A stretch of DNA of 63,034 nt, filler included, from Reticulomyxa filosa (lineage: Eukaryota; Protista; Foraminifera): assembly GCA_000512085.1 (NCBI GenBank). It is 9 parts of 9 records of this genome, joined end to end, with 100 filler letters (N's around TTAATTAATTAA, not from the genome) between each part and the next. Parts side by side here need not be neighbours in the genome. Positions count along the whole stretch, not along the records: positions 1 to 5,469 come from ASPP01007563.1; positions 5,570 to 16,064 come from ASPP01003480.1; 7 more parts are not named here. One strand, written 5' to 3'. The notes under the pieces are model-generated. The model made no database searches, was not told where the DNA came from, and saw nothing but the letters and a program-made list of their open reading frames with translations. A program made the position numbers and the translations under genes. The stretch's first letter is position 1. Each line of letters opens with the position of its first letter. Positions 1 to 12,525 of this stretch are shown here, in pieces.

Positions 1-52
1 TGTATGTGTGATAACAATAGCTTGGAAGAGAGAGAGAGAGAGAGAGAGTAAC

Positions 53-549
53 TGCTAAATGGTATCTGGAGTCGTCCAATGGACCTTGCATTATATAAAT
101 CACTAAAAAATGTAATGCAAATATGAAATCACACACAGATCGAGAAAATAGCAATACTGAGGGATGCTTTCGCAATAGCTGTTTTCAAATCCGTTTTTTT
201 TTTTTTTTTGTTATTATTATTGTTATTGTTATAATTTTTTGTGAGGTCGACATTTCCCTACCAACTTCTTTTCAGTTTTTTTTCAAAGTTTTTTGTTTGT
301 TATTAACAGGATTCCATATATATGTAATCATCACAAACAGCGATCCTGCAATTGATACAATCGATCCGAAAAGATAGTATAGGCTTAAATCTATATTTTC
401 CCAAAAAAATATGTAAAGATTCGTTAATGATCATCCGATTTTTACAGTTCAAGTCAATATTGTTTTTCCTATGAAAAAAAACTTCGGCAATGGTGCGGAT
501 GATCGATAACATAGCTGCAATCTTGACATAATTTTGTATCATCATCCAT
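53..549 (-). CDS. 5' part (3 exons: 549-483, 390-308, 178-53) of a cAMP-receptor-like 7TM GPCR, possibly of the GPCR-PIPK type; continues beyond the window start
   Basis: GT-AG splicing gives one open frame: MDDDTKLCQDCSYVIDHPHHCRNLSLYYLFGSIVSIAGSLFVMITYIWNP|LLRKHPSVLLFSRSVCDFIFALHFLVIYIM. TM1 'S.AGS..V..TY' and TM2 'LRKHP..LLF..S.CD' resemble CAR-like/GPCR-PIPK receptors. Missed by the ORF track. Confidence 0.65.
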
Positions 550-810
550 TTTTTTCCCTCTTGTTTAATGTTTATTTGGGTTTCCACCATGTGAATTTTT
601 TGCTACCTTTTTTGTTTCGTTCCGTTTAATATATATTCAGAACATTTGGAATGGCTCATTTTAAAAATAATATCACGTTCTTCCTTCAAAAAAAAAAAAG
701 ATAATTGTTATGCAAAGACAGTCAAATCTATAAAGAAAAAAGCGGATTGATTATTTGAAAGAAAAGCTCAAAAGCTAGTCAGTTGTGAGCGTTAAAAAGT
801 GATACGCTCC

Positions 811-3117
811 ATGTCAACAAAGAGACGACTGAACGTGGGCCAAGCATAGATAAAAAAAAGTTGCGAAAAAAGTGAAGAAGAAAGTTCATGCAAGCATTTG
901 GAACAAAGATTAGATGACATTACAACAACAGCAAACAAAAAGTCGGAGCATTGTTTCTCCGGAGGACATTGGTCATGGACGGGTATGTAGAAAGGAGGAA
1001 AGTTGTGCGGTGACAAACAAATAAACAAGCACAAAAAAAAAAAAAAAGAAAAGAAAATGGACATGATCAACTAAATCGGAGAAAGTCATTGACAATAAAC
1101 AACGAGAAGGTGGTTTTGCAAAAGCAAGAAGAAAAGACCGAGTTGAGCATACTGGACGAAGAAGAGAACGAAAATAAGAGCGAAGTAAAAAACAGGATTG
1201 GTTTTGGGAAGTGTCGCTGATGAAATCGGTATTATTCGGTACGATCCAGCGAGCACTGGACGACTCAGTGACACAAACGCAGCAAGCACAAGAGAAGATT
1301 ATCCGAATGATGCAAGATATAATCGAGCACATTTTACGTTTGAGAGTTGTGTTGCGTGGTTTGGACATGGAAAGTGTGGTATGTTAACAATTTGTATTTC
1401 GCAATTTAAAACTTTTTAAAATAAAAAAAAAAAAAAAATATGAAATATTGGAATGTTTGTTGGGTGCGAGAGGAAAACAGACAGAAGCAGAAGAAAGCCA
1501 AATGGAAAACGAATTGAATGCATTGCAAAGTAAATTGATGGCGACAAATGGCGAAAAAGACAAATTCGAAAAAAGATTGGAAGAATTGGAAAACGTGAGA
1601 TCGCATGTGTTTGAATTGCAAAACGACCACTTTCAGCGCTTGCAAGTGTTTCGACAGCGAGAGGAAAGCATCTTGCGCAAGTTACAGCGCATCAGATCGG
1701 CGAAGGCACGGTCGGAACGGATCATAGCAATGGAGTCGTCACATCGCCTTTGGGCCGTCACAAAACTCGAATTCACGTTACAATGTACGCAGACCCACTC
1801 GCAACATCTGCTGAACAAAATGGACAAGCTCACTCCTGTTTCTCCGTCTGCAAAAGACTTTGAACTCCAACTCCAAAGCAATGGCCAGTTTATCTGCGAT
1901 TTGAATGCGTTTTTGGATTCGCTGACGAAGACCACAGACCACCAGCAGAAAATCACCAAGCAATACCAAGCCACCATTGAACGCTTGGAGTTGGACTTGG
2001 CCACGCTTCGCCACGATGCTCACACTTTTTGTCGAAATACAATGGAGCAAATCTATCAACTGCATAAGTCGATCCAATTTGTTGACGATGTCGATTTGCC
2101 AAGAGACAGACCCTCTGTGGTTCGCTTTTCCTACATAACACACACATAAGATATTTTTTGTGAAATAATACATATGTAAATATAAATAATATATACATAT
2201 GTATTCTCATTTGCTTGGAATGTTCGATTCATTTTCATCCTCTTTCCTATAGGCTGATTCTACTGCAATGGAACGCGAACGCAATCACCATTCAATAAAG
2301 GTTCAACGGCAACTTTCAATGCTGGAATCGCAGTTGAAACACACCGACGTTCGGTCTTGTTCGTTTCGATTGGACGAACTGATGGACTCGCAAGCGATCA
2401 TGAGCCAGTCCAAACACAAAGCCTTTTTCAGTGTATTTGTGCAGTTGTTTTGCCAGACTTTTGTCGATGTCGATTTGTACTCTTCCCACGTCCACGATCT
2501 CAAGGAACCTACCGCTATCAATGTTTTGACCGCTTTCGATGGTATTGCCGATGTTTTGAATGAAATTGATATCCCATCATCTCTTTCGTCTTCATATCCC
2601 CTACACGACAAAGTCCAAAAAGTCCTGCTTTTTATGAACACGCTTCAGTCTGCCATTACCGTTCAACAAAACGCATTTGCTGCACGGAAACTGCAGAATG
2701 ATGCCAATGCCACTGTCACTGTCAATACCAACGCCGATGTACACAATCAAGTGGACATTGAATGCTTAATTTTCGTCGTCTCCTTTGTGGGTCGAAAGTT
2801 GACTTGCCATCCGCTGATCCGACAACAAATCCACCAAGCACAGAGCTCACAAGTGTCCCAACTTGCTCTTGCCCGTTGTCGAGATGTTTTCAAAACTGTT
2901 ATCACTCGGCCAAGTATATTCCCGACCCCTCCACGTTCCATCACCGAGGTCATTCTTCAAACTTTTTTTTTTTTTTTTTTTTTTTTTGCTTTCAAACTTT
3001 CAACGTGCATGAATTCTTTGTTACTTTTTGCGCTTGTGTTTCACATAGGCCGGAGAAGCCATTTTGGCCAGCGTCTGGAACTTTGAAGCGTCAAAAGAGA
3101 ACAAAACCCAATCGTAA
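811..3117 (+). CDS. Multi-exon hypothetical coiled-coil protein; 5' structure uncertain
   Basis: GC-richer ORFs 1448-2149 and 2268-2949 are rich in E/Q/L/K heptads, have GT-AG boundaries, and the last exon ends at TAA 3115-3117. No family recognised. Confidence 0.5.
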
Positions 3118-4380
3118 ATACACAAGATCAAATTCCTAATTTTTGTTTGATACTTTTTGCTTTGTTCCTTCCAGCTTCAATAATTCCTTTTGCTAATCCT
3201 CTCCCTTTACCGTCGCATTGTGTTGATTCAAGCCCCCATCTATGTGTTCCAACAAACTTGTTTTATTTTTTGTTTTTCTTTTTGGTTTTGAGTTTGAATC
3301 ATGTGTCATTTTTTGTTAGTTCCTTTTTGTACGTTGACAGCTGTACACAGTTTTTCTGGAAAATTGTATAGTGTTTCAAGAGATATTCTCACTGCAAACT
3401 GCCTTGAGGCGAAATCTGCTTTTTTGTTTCTTTTTAATTTTATTTTAACTATTTGTCGTCACGTATGAACTTGATGCTGCTCTGTTGTTTGATCTCATCG
3501 CTTATGGATGTGCAAACAAACGTAACTAACAAAACACAGAAATGTTTATCTTGTACAATTTATATCTGATCGGTTCACTACTTACATTTCTCACTCCTTG
3601 GTTAATGTGTAAACTCAGTTTTGTAAGCACCGTTAGCCACGAAGATATCACAATTTCTTCAAAAATGTAAAAAAGAATATGCTTTTAAAATACTGATATT
3701 ACTTCCCAGTAAAAGTATTTCAATTTGATTATTGAACAAAAACTTTCAAAAAATCAAAAACCACATATCAAGCCTAACTCCACACGAACCAGAGGAAGCG
3801 TTTCCACAACATGTGACCATTAAATATTTTCTTGAAAACCATTGGCATTTATTAGTGTTTTTATTATTACTTATCAAAACAATATGTAATTGTACGTACT
3901 TTTTTTAGTACGAAGAGATTTTCTTAATAAACTTTTTACGATAATTTCCTGAAAAACAACAGATTCAAAATTCCTGTTTAAAAGATATATCAAGACAATT
4001 GGCCAATACTTTGCATTTTTTTAAACAACTTGACCAAAACGTTAACATTTGGCAATATTCTGATACAATAAATTTGCTAAAATTTTTAGAATTTGAGAAT
4101 TATCGGATTTTAATTAATAGCTCCTGCTATCCTGTGTCCTTTCGCAAAAGCAACAAATTGAAAAAGAACCACAATCTCTTTGCTTACATTTTTCAGGAAT
4201 GGGTAGTAGGTGACCTTGTTAGCTTACCCACAACAAAAATCAATTTTAATTAAAAGAACAAGCCAGCAAAAGGGTCCTTTTTTTGTAAATCTTTCGGTTG
4301 CATTCTGGATAAACAATTGAAAATTTTGTTCTTTGTAGCTTGTTTTATGAGGATTGAAGATAACGTGATCACAAATTAAT

Positions 4381-5025
4381 ATGACACAACATTCCTCTCC
4401 AGAACTGCCTCATTCGGTTCGTTCTGAAGAAATGGTGGTCTCTGCAACAATTGGTGACAAAGTGGCAAAGACGCCAAAACAACAACAAGACGATAATGAG
4501 ACACAAGACAAGCCATCCCTCATTCGGATGAGGATGAAGATGCATTGTCATTTTTGGATCATGAAGACTCTCATTCGGTGATGCCACGTTCGACAAGAAA
4601 GACTGAAATGGCATTGCCAAGAGCCTCGCTTACTCCTATTCATACAACTCACAGCACAGTTTCACCCAATTTGAGTTTTAATGCCCAGCCAGAGGAAGGA
4701 CATGAAGAAAAAACTCCCAGTTTTGAGTTTGTTTTTTTTTTTATTATTATTGAGTGTTAAGGTCTGTCTTGTATCGAAACATCGAATCTTCTCAGATCGG
4801 GTGAATTGAAAGACGGATGTTGTGTACGTTTGAAAGAGAATTTTTTTTTAGGAGAGGGGAGCATGTGTACATGTACATAGTTGGGTTTTGAAATTGACAA
4901 CATTTTTTAGTGTTCTTGCCCCCCTTTTTTTTTTTTTTTGGTTTTCTTTTCGGATTGAATGTTAAAATTACAAAAAACAAGCAAAGAAAAATCAAAATTG
5001 CACATATCATACAAAAAAAAAAACA

Positions 5026-5066
<41 letters not shown>

Positions 5067-5469
5067 CAAAGGGTCTCGTGACACATGTGGCTTCACTGAC
5101 GATGAATATGAATCATACAATATGGAAGAAGACGACAATAGTGCGTATATGAATCCAAACTTGTACACAACGCCGCCGCCCAGCCCTCCGCCCAATAGCA
5201 CCACTACTACCACCACCTCCGCTGCCGTCCCCTCTTCAGGGAAAGCAGATGCGATGAGAGACAACACGTATGCGTTCGAAGATGACGAAGTCCCAAACGA
5301 AGGGTCCGGAGACGAAGAAGAGGACGATATTGAACCTGGAGTTGCAGAAGAAGGAGAAGAAGGGGAAAATAATACCTGCAGCTCGGGAAACGTTGACACT
5401 GAGAAAAGAGACCAATCATTGACCGCACAGGTTGAAAAACTCTTTCATTTTTGCCAAAGGGGATTGAGG
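4381..5469 (+). CDS. Acidic, low-complexity N-terminal part of a hypothetical protein, truncated at the contig end
   Basis: ORFs 4381-4581 and 4545-4760 are joined by a 1-nt shift near 4510. An intron contains (AAT)n, and the D/E-rich exon ~5072-5469 runs into the linker. Confidence 0.5.
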
Positions 5470-5569
5470 NNNNNNNNNNNNNNNNNNNNNNNNNNNNNNN
5501 NNNNNNNNNNNNNTTAATTAATTAANNNNNNNNNNNNNNNNNNNNNNNNNNNNNNNNNNNNNNNNNNNN
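5470..5569. other. Artificial contig linker
   Basis: N44-TTAATTAATTAA-N44, with stops in all six frames. Confidence 0.97.
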
Positions 5570-5620
5570 AAAAAAAAAAAAAAAAAAAAAACAAACAAAC
5601 AAAACAAAAAAAAAAAACAG

Positions 5621-6478
5621 ATGAATGATTGCCCGAATCTTAGCAGCGTAAGTGTGCAATACATAAGCCAAGCGTGCAGTACGCATTTGCACTGCCTGCA
5701 TGTACGTGCGATGGAGTTGGACCGGAACACCATGTTGGAGCTGAGCGATCGGTGCAAGTACCTGGAGGAGCTGGATCTGGGGAGCGATAACATGTACATT
5801 GGCAACTCGTCGATTGACGATATGTGCGTGTTTTCGCTGTTGTCACTGTGCAATCTGAAAGTACTGAGTTTGGCGGGACTGCACAATATCACCGACAAAA
5901 GCGTGTGCTCATTGCTGAAGCGAGCGAAATTGGAATGCGTCAATCTCAACGGGTGCAACAGCGTCCGCATGGATTCCGTCTGCCAAACCTTGTATGAAAC
6001 ATATGCCAATGACGAAGAGCAAGCCCCAAATGACTCGCTTTCCGAACCTAAGTCGGAGCTAGTCTCCTCGGATGACGTCATCACGTTTCCAAAACATATG
6101 AATCCGACTCCATTCGTCGTAGGGGTGACTGGACCTTCCAGGCCCTTCACTTGTCCTACCGAAAGTAGTCCCGAAACTCAATTTCGATTCAATAGCTGCT
6201 TGGATGCGAACGCCACGTTTCGCTTGTCTGCTTTGAAACTGGCTAATACGGATGTCTCCGATGTCGGCATTGGGTACTTGAAGGATCTGCCCACAATTCA
6301 ACATTTGGATTTGAACGCTTGCAATAGCATTACCAACGATGTACTCAAATTGTTCGCCATGAAAACTGCTTTCCCCAAGTTACTTTGCTTGGACTTGGGC
6401 CTCTGTGTGCAATTGCAACAGCAACAAGTTTATGAGTTTTCTGCGATGCGAACGGATATACGTATTAGATTTTATTAA
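5621..6478 (+). CDS. Leucine-rich repeat (F-box/LRR, cysteine-containing type) protein, terminal exon
   Basis: Repeated LxxLxLxxCxxIxD units (LKVLSLAGLHNITD, IQHLDLNACNSITN, LLCLDLGLC), preceded by the A-rich acceptor ...aaaacag at 5620. Confidence 0.8.
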   Translation: MNDCPNLSSVSVQYISQACSTHLHCLHVRAMELDRNTMLELSDRCKYLEELDLGSDNMYIGNSSIDDMCVFSLLSLCNLKVLSLAGLHNITDKSVCSLLKRAKLECVNLNGCNSVRMDSVCQTLYETYANDEEQAPNDSLSEPKSELVSSDDVITFPKHMNPTPFVVGVTGPSRPFTCPTESSPETQFRFNSCLDANATFRLSALKLANTDVSDVGIGYLKDLPTIQHLDLNACNSITNDVLKLFAMKTAFPKLLCLDLGLCVQLQQQQVYEFSAMRTDIRIRFY

Positions 6479-6639
6479 AAAAAAAAGGGGCTCCCAACTT
6501 TTTTTTTTTTAAATAAGCTCATTGTATCCATAAATAATTTTGTATTGTACTTTTCAAATTTTTTTTTGCCTGCACTGGGGAAGGTTAATACATACACTAT
6601 AGACGATTTAACTTTTCAATGCATTAAAGATTTTTTAAA

Positions 6640-7157
6640 AAATGCAAATGATTGGAAATAGCACCTCAAATTTTTAAAGTTTTCAAAGATATGGGTTTTT
6701 TCATGACTAGCATTGTTTTATTATGTAGTGTGCGTTTTTATAGACTAAAGGGATTCAAATAAAAGAAACATGTTTTTTTTTTAAATATGTGTTTGCTCGT
6801 GGGAAGAAATTTAAAAATTAGTGAACTGTAAGATGTTGTAGTGAGCGCGCAATTTCAACCAGTGATCAAATGATTACAGGACAACACAATTGTTGTACGG
6901 AGTTAAAATCAGGAGAAAAATTGAAAGAATTAAAAGGACATTCTGACTCTATAATAGATTCAAAATTTTCTCCAGATAGCCAATTTGTTGTATCCTGTTC
7001 TCGTGATAAAACAATTCGAATATGGGATGTATACGCGGGAAAAGAAGTGAAAAAATTGGAAGGACATTTTAGTGGAGTACCTGGTGTGGATGTTTCGCCA
7101 GATGGTGATATAATTGTGTCATGTTCTTACGACAAAACAATTAGAATATGGGGATGA
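6640..7157 (+). pseudogene. Internally deleted WD40-repeat gene (about 2 repeats left)
   Basis: KELKGHSDSIIDSKFSPD...SCSRDKTIRIWD is nearly identical to part of the 10226-11419 gene. The upstream part is degenerate. Confidence 0.75.
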
Positions 7158-7305
7158 CAAAATTTGTCTTCAATTTCAATGAATTAAACAATCCAAATAA
7201 TAAAACACAAAAAATTCATTTCTTTAAGATTATTTTTTTTTTGTCAAAATTAAACAATGACAAACACGTAATATTTTCATTTAAAAAAAGAAATCTCATT
7301 ATCAG

Positions 7306-9986
7306 TTAAGTCTGATTCAATGCTATCTTTTTACTTAATTTTTTCACTTGTTTTTTTGATTCTGTTGTAGCTCCATGCCATTCCCCTTCTAATATACTAT
7401 TCATTTTCCAAGCATCTTCATTATATTTACACGCTGTTTTGATTTCTCCTTTACCTTCATATGCCAATCCCAAAAGTCCACACAAAGCAGGAATTGTTAT
7501 ATCTATAATATTAGATAATTTCTTCTTTATCTCAAATGCTTTTTCATGACATTCAATTGCCTTATCATATAATCCAGTATATATGTATACAACTCCTAAA
7601 CATGTGTAAGATTCGGAGACATCCTCATGGTATGTTCCAAAAGTGGATAATCTTATTTTCAACGCGTTATCATAACATTCAATAGCTTTGTCATATTCTC
7701 CTATAATCTCATAAGAAACTCCTAAACTATGATAAGACCAAGCAACATCAATATGATTGTTTTCAAGAATATCTAATCTTATTTTTAAAGCTTTTTCAAA
7801 GTATTCAATTGCTTTATTATGATTATTTTTATCTTGATAAATACTACCTATATTAATGTATGAAACAGCAACATCTTCATGATTAATTCCAAAAATTTGA
7901 ATTCTAATTTTTAATGCATCTTCATGATATTCAATTGCTTTAGTATAATCTTTTTTATCATGATAAGTGCTTCCTAAATTGTTATAGCAACAAGCAACAT
8001 CTATATGATTAATTCCAAAAATTGATAACTTAATTTTTAATGATTTTTCATAACAGTTAATTGCCTTATCGTACTGTTCTTTCTTATTGTAAGGTACTCC
8101 TAAATTAAAATATAAATGTGCAACAAAATTATAATTAAATCCAAAAATATTTAACATAATTTCTAATGCTTTTTGAAAGAATTCAATTGCCTTTTCTGAT
8201 TGTTCTCTCTCATCATAAGTAATTCCAATTAAATTATATGCAATAGCAACATAATGATGATTAAAACCAAAAGTATCAATTGCAATTTGCAAATATTTTT
8301 GTAAATAAATTATAGATTCATCAAATAATTTTTTATTTGTACATTCTTCTTCTTTATTTTCAAGATCTTGAAATTGTATTGGAATATCATGATGCATTTT
8401 TGTATTCCATTGAATGATTGGAACACATATTTTTAGTGTTCATCAATAATAGCATTCTTTGTAACAAATATTTGCGTTGTAACATTTACAACTTCTTTAC
8501 ATTGAAGTTCGCAATCAATAGCATATATGTTTCCATCAATATTTACTTTTTTCAATATAATTAATTTTCTTTTTATTACATACACAATATATTCTCCAAA
8601 TTCTTTTATATCTTCTTTTTCATTGTTTAATAAAGAAACAATAGAAGAAAAATTATCATTTTTATTTTTCCATTTCGATGTATTGTATGTAACAATAATC
8701 AATCCTTGTTTATTATCACTTATCATCTGTTCAACTATTTTTGCTGCTTCAGCATTTGATTTTCTCCAATTTCTGTTCCAATGTTTCTTAAAATCTAATG
8801 TATCTGAAATATTATTCTTTTTAATTATTACTTGTTCAGATTTACTATCCTTCTCATCATTTCTATTTTGAATTTCTTGTTTTGAGAGGTTTGGGATCAA
8901 ATAAATTTCAGGATAAGTAATGGGAGTGGTTTGTACAATTTCCCCTTTCAATATTTGATCAAAAAGTACAATATTAATGACCTGTTTGAGAATAAACTCC
9001 AAACTGTTATTTATATTATTTTCCATCACTTGACAAAATATTTCAGTGAAAGAATTTTCTGAATCTTCAATAGTTTGCTTCTTTGATATATTTGTACAAA
9101 TAGTAAATAAGTCCGTATCACGATTATACAATATTGTTTTTTGGATAATTTCATTCATTTTAATTAATTTAGTCTGTTCTGGTATTTTATATATTATCTT
9201 TATAAATATCTTTGGTTTTCCAATGAAATAATCTGTTTTATTTATAAAATCATTTTGAATCTCTTTAAAATATTTGTTCTTATTGTCACTTGTGATTAAC
9301 ATATCTTCATTTTCTCCAAATTCTCCATTTCCACACCATACAAATATTAATCCATCATAAGCAACATTATTTCTATTGATATCACCAACTAAATTCTGAC
9401 AATGTTGTAAAATGAAAGTATTTAAATCATTCAATGTAAGTACTTCAGTCTTTGGATCTTGTGGATTGTAGGTATTGAATGTTTGATAGCCGAATTTCGA
9501 TTGAAATAATGTTTGCAACAAATGAAAATCATATTTAACATGTCCTAAATATTGTTGTTGCTGTTCATATTTTATTGCTCCAGTCAATAATATTAATGGA
9601 TGATTTACTTTACAAAATGGTAATATTTCTTGTTTTTCACATTCTTTTTTTTCCACAACTTCGTCTGCTTTTGATATATTTTCTATTTGTTTTTTTGTAT
9701 TAAAAATTAAAATTACCTTTAATATGAAAAGATGCCACATATACACAAAAAAACTTGATTGAAATTGGGCAATAAAGAATACAGTATCCCTTTTAAATGC
9801 ATGAATCACATTTTCGTCAGTTTTAATGATTCTACCGTCACTACCAATAATTGCAATCAATGCATCATCCACGTGTGTTGGTTGAGTGGCTTGAAGAATT
9901 TGTTGTTGCAAGTGTTCCATTGTCAATTCAGGCAATATTATCATATATACTTTCGATTTATCATTCACATATGCTTTGAAGGGCAT
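7306..9986 (-). CDS. Beta-grasp(PB1/CIDE-N)-like + caspase-like (peptidase C14 fold, predicted inactive) + TPR-array protein; one 72-nt intron (9754-9683) and a 1-nt frameshift at ~8435
   Basis: Caspase-fold motifs PLILLTGAIKY, DFHLLQTLF..KFGY, DGLIFVWCGNG and GKPKIFI. About seven 42-aa kinesin-light-chain-type TPRs (A.SY.NLG..Y......KAIE..E.ALKI). Adding one base at GAACACTAAAA joins the two ORFs (..IIDExLKICVPIIQWNTKMHHDIP). Confidence 0.75.
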
Positions 9987-10225
9987 TATGAAAAGATAAC
10001 TAATTGAGATTTCAATCAAATTTTTTTTAAAAGGGGCAACAACACATTTATTTATGTTCCTTAATTAACGGCAACAATGAAATTGAAAGTGCTAATGTTT
10101 TATATCTACTATTCATAGAAATACAAAAATAGAAAAGCATTTCTAAAGTTGTGATGGTGTGGTGATAATTTCAACAAAAAGGATCTCAAAAATTCAATCA
10201 AGATATTCACTTTTATTTTTTTAAC

Positions 10226-11419
10226 ATGAATCAAAATATTGAAGGGATAAACACTTCTGCCAATGAAAAGGAGCATACAAAAACAATAGTGGTACATTTT
10301 ATCTTGATTTCATTTCATAATTGTATAGTAATCTAACTAAGCGCAACTTGTCATGTTTTAAAACAGTCAGAAAAATTAGTAAGAACAGTAATCGGAAATT
10401 GGCTTCGAGTTTTGAATATTAAAATAGGATGGATTTATGATTTTGACAAAATTGTTATCAAATATGTTAAGTTATTTGTTTTTCATTTAGACAGAATTTT
10501 TTTAAAAATATTATTTATAATATATAATACATAGATTAAGTGTTTTAATTTGTTAAAAGTCCTACGAGATGACAACACAGTAAGGAGTGCAAAATTTTCA
10601 TCAGATGGTCGCAGTATTATCTCAACATCAAACGATGGAACAGTTAGAATATGGGATTTTGAAGCAGAAAAACAAATACAAAGCTTCAAGGGACACACTC
10701 GTAGATCATATGCTGCAGAATTTTCACCAGATGGACACACTGCTGTGTCTGGTTCATGGGACAGGACTGTACGATTATGGGATGTAAAATCAGGAAAAGA
10801 GTTGATACAATTTAAGGGACATTATAGTTGGATATTAGATGTTTCCTTTTCCCCGAATGGTAAAAATATTATATCAGGCTCAGAAGACAAAACAATAAAA
10901 TTATGGGATGTAAATTCTGGAGATGAAATTAGACATCTTAGTGATCATTCAGGTGGTATAAACAGTGTACAGTTTTCTCCAGATGGTCAAATGTTTGCAT
11001 CATCATCTGATGATAAAACCATTGCTATATGGGATATACACTCAGGCAGAAAATTGAAAGAATTAAAAGGGCATTCCGATTCTGTAATGCGTGCAAAATT
11101 TTCTCCAGATGGTCAATTTATTGTATCTTGTTCTCGTGATAAAACAATTCGAATATGGGATGTAGAATCAGGAAAAGAATTAAAGAAATTAGAAGGACAT
11201 TTAGATGTTGTGAATGATGTACAATATTTTTCAGATGGACAAACTATTGTATCTTGTTCAAAGGATAACACAATTCGATTGTGGAATGTGAAAGCAGGAC
11301 AACAAATACAGCTATTGCGAGAACATACTTCTTATGTTACTAGTATAGATATTTCAGCAGATGATAATACAATTGTATCATGCTCTACTGATAAAAAAAT
11401 AATTATATGGGGATGTTAA
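10226..11419 (+). CDS. Intact 7-bladed WD40-repeat protein (exons 10226-10291, 10367-10465, 10535-11419)
   Basis: Seven GH...FSPDG...S.S.D.TIR.WD repeats. Phase-0 GT-AG introns give one ORF, and exon 2 encodes SEKLVRTVIGNWLRVLNIKIGWIYDFDKIVIKY. Confidence 0.9.
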
Positions 11420-12525
11420 AAAAATCAACTTAATTTAAACGCAATGTTATAACTAATTATGTTTCAAAATAAAGTGATGTAGAAACTACAATAATATCAA
11501 TTGTAATATTATACATTTTATTGAGAATAATTTTGTAATGTATAATACAGTATATTGCAAAGAAAACTGAACGCCTAAAACAATATCTTATGATGATAAT
11601 TGATTTTCTAAATGAAAAATCAACATTTAGACCTAATTTTTTTTTTTAAATATCTACAAGTCTTGTAGTTTTTAAATATGATATTGATTTTTTAATAAAT
11701 TTTTTGTTGTTGGATGAAATCAACGTTCTTTCAAATGATTTTTGAAAATTCTGAAAACTCAGGTAATGTTATATTGCGTATATATCAACATTGTTAGAAG
11801 CAAAACTAGCTTTTTCATTGTATTAGAACAGCTATATGAGTTATGCGCAATCTATCACTAAGATATGTTTTTCGAAGTTAAATTTTTTTTAAAGCGAGAA
11901 ATAAGAGTTAAATATCACTTCGCTACAAAAGGAACACAGTACTATAATAAAAGATAAAAGGAAAAGATCAAAAAAAACTTGTAGATACTGACGTAAAAAA
12001 GATAACAACAAGCAAAAAAACATAATTTCAAGTATTTGTTTAAACTTCAAAAAACATATTAAATATCAAATGTTGTATGTCGAAATCAATTAATAGCTGA
12101 ACAATTTTTGATCTTATATGAATAGTAAGTGTGGTTATGTGAACATTGCTAAACCGAGTTATATGATTTCTTATTTTCGAATTGTTAAAGTATCAAAATA
12201 TAATATTCAATTCAATTCTTTCAACAAATCAAAGAAAAAAAATTAAATATTTAGGAAGGTGAGAGATAGCACCAAGTGTAATACGAAAGTAATTACTAAA
12301 AGAGTTTTCGAAAAGTAGTTAATAAAAAAGAGATAAACAACTCACTGACAAAGAAATAAGTAAACAGAAAAGTAAAAGAAGAAAATAGTGAATGTTGTTG
12401 ATGGAAAAAAGGGTTCTATCGTTCATATGGAACTTTACTGTAATTAGTATGGCATTACAATACAGATTGTCTTTCCAAAAGACAAAACCATTTTTGTATT
12501 AAAAAAATATATATATGTCAAATTT

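Noticed and set aside
28-48. (AG)n, (AAT)n at ~5027-5062 and (CA)n at 61469 microsatellites
   Set aside because: Ordinary intronic simple repeats.
483-549. C..C...HHCR looked like a FYVE finger
   Set aside because: The following exon encodes a TM helix, not the remaining zinc ligands.
5470-5569. Eight identical TTAATTAATTAA palindromes embedded in N runs
   Set aside because: These are artificial six-frame-stop contig linkers. Adjacency across them carries no biological meaning.
5072-6478. The acidic ORF and the LRR exon could be one F-box/LRR gene
   Set aside because: They are separated by a linker, and nothing shows the contigs are truly adjacent.
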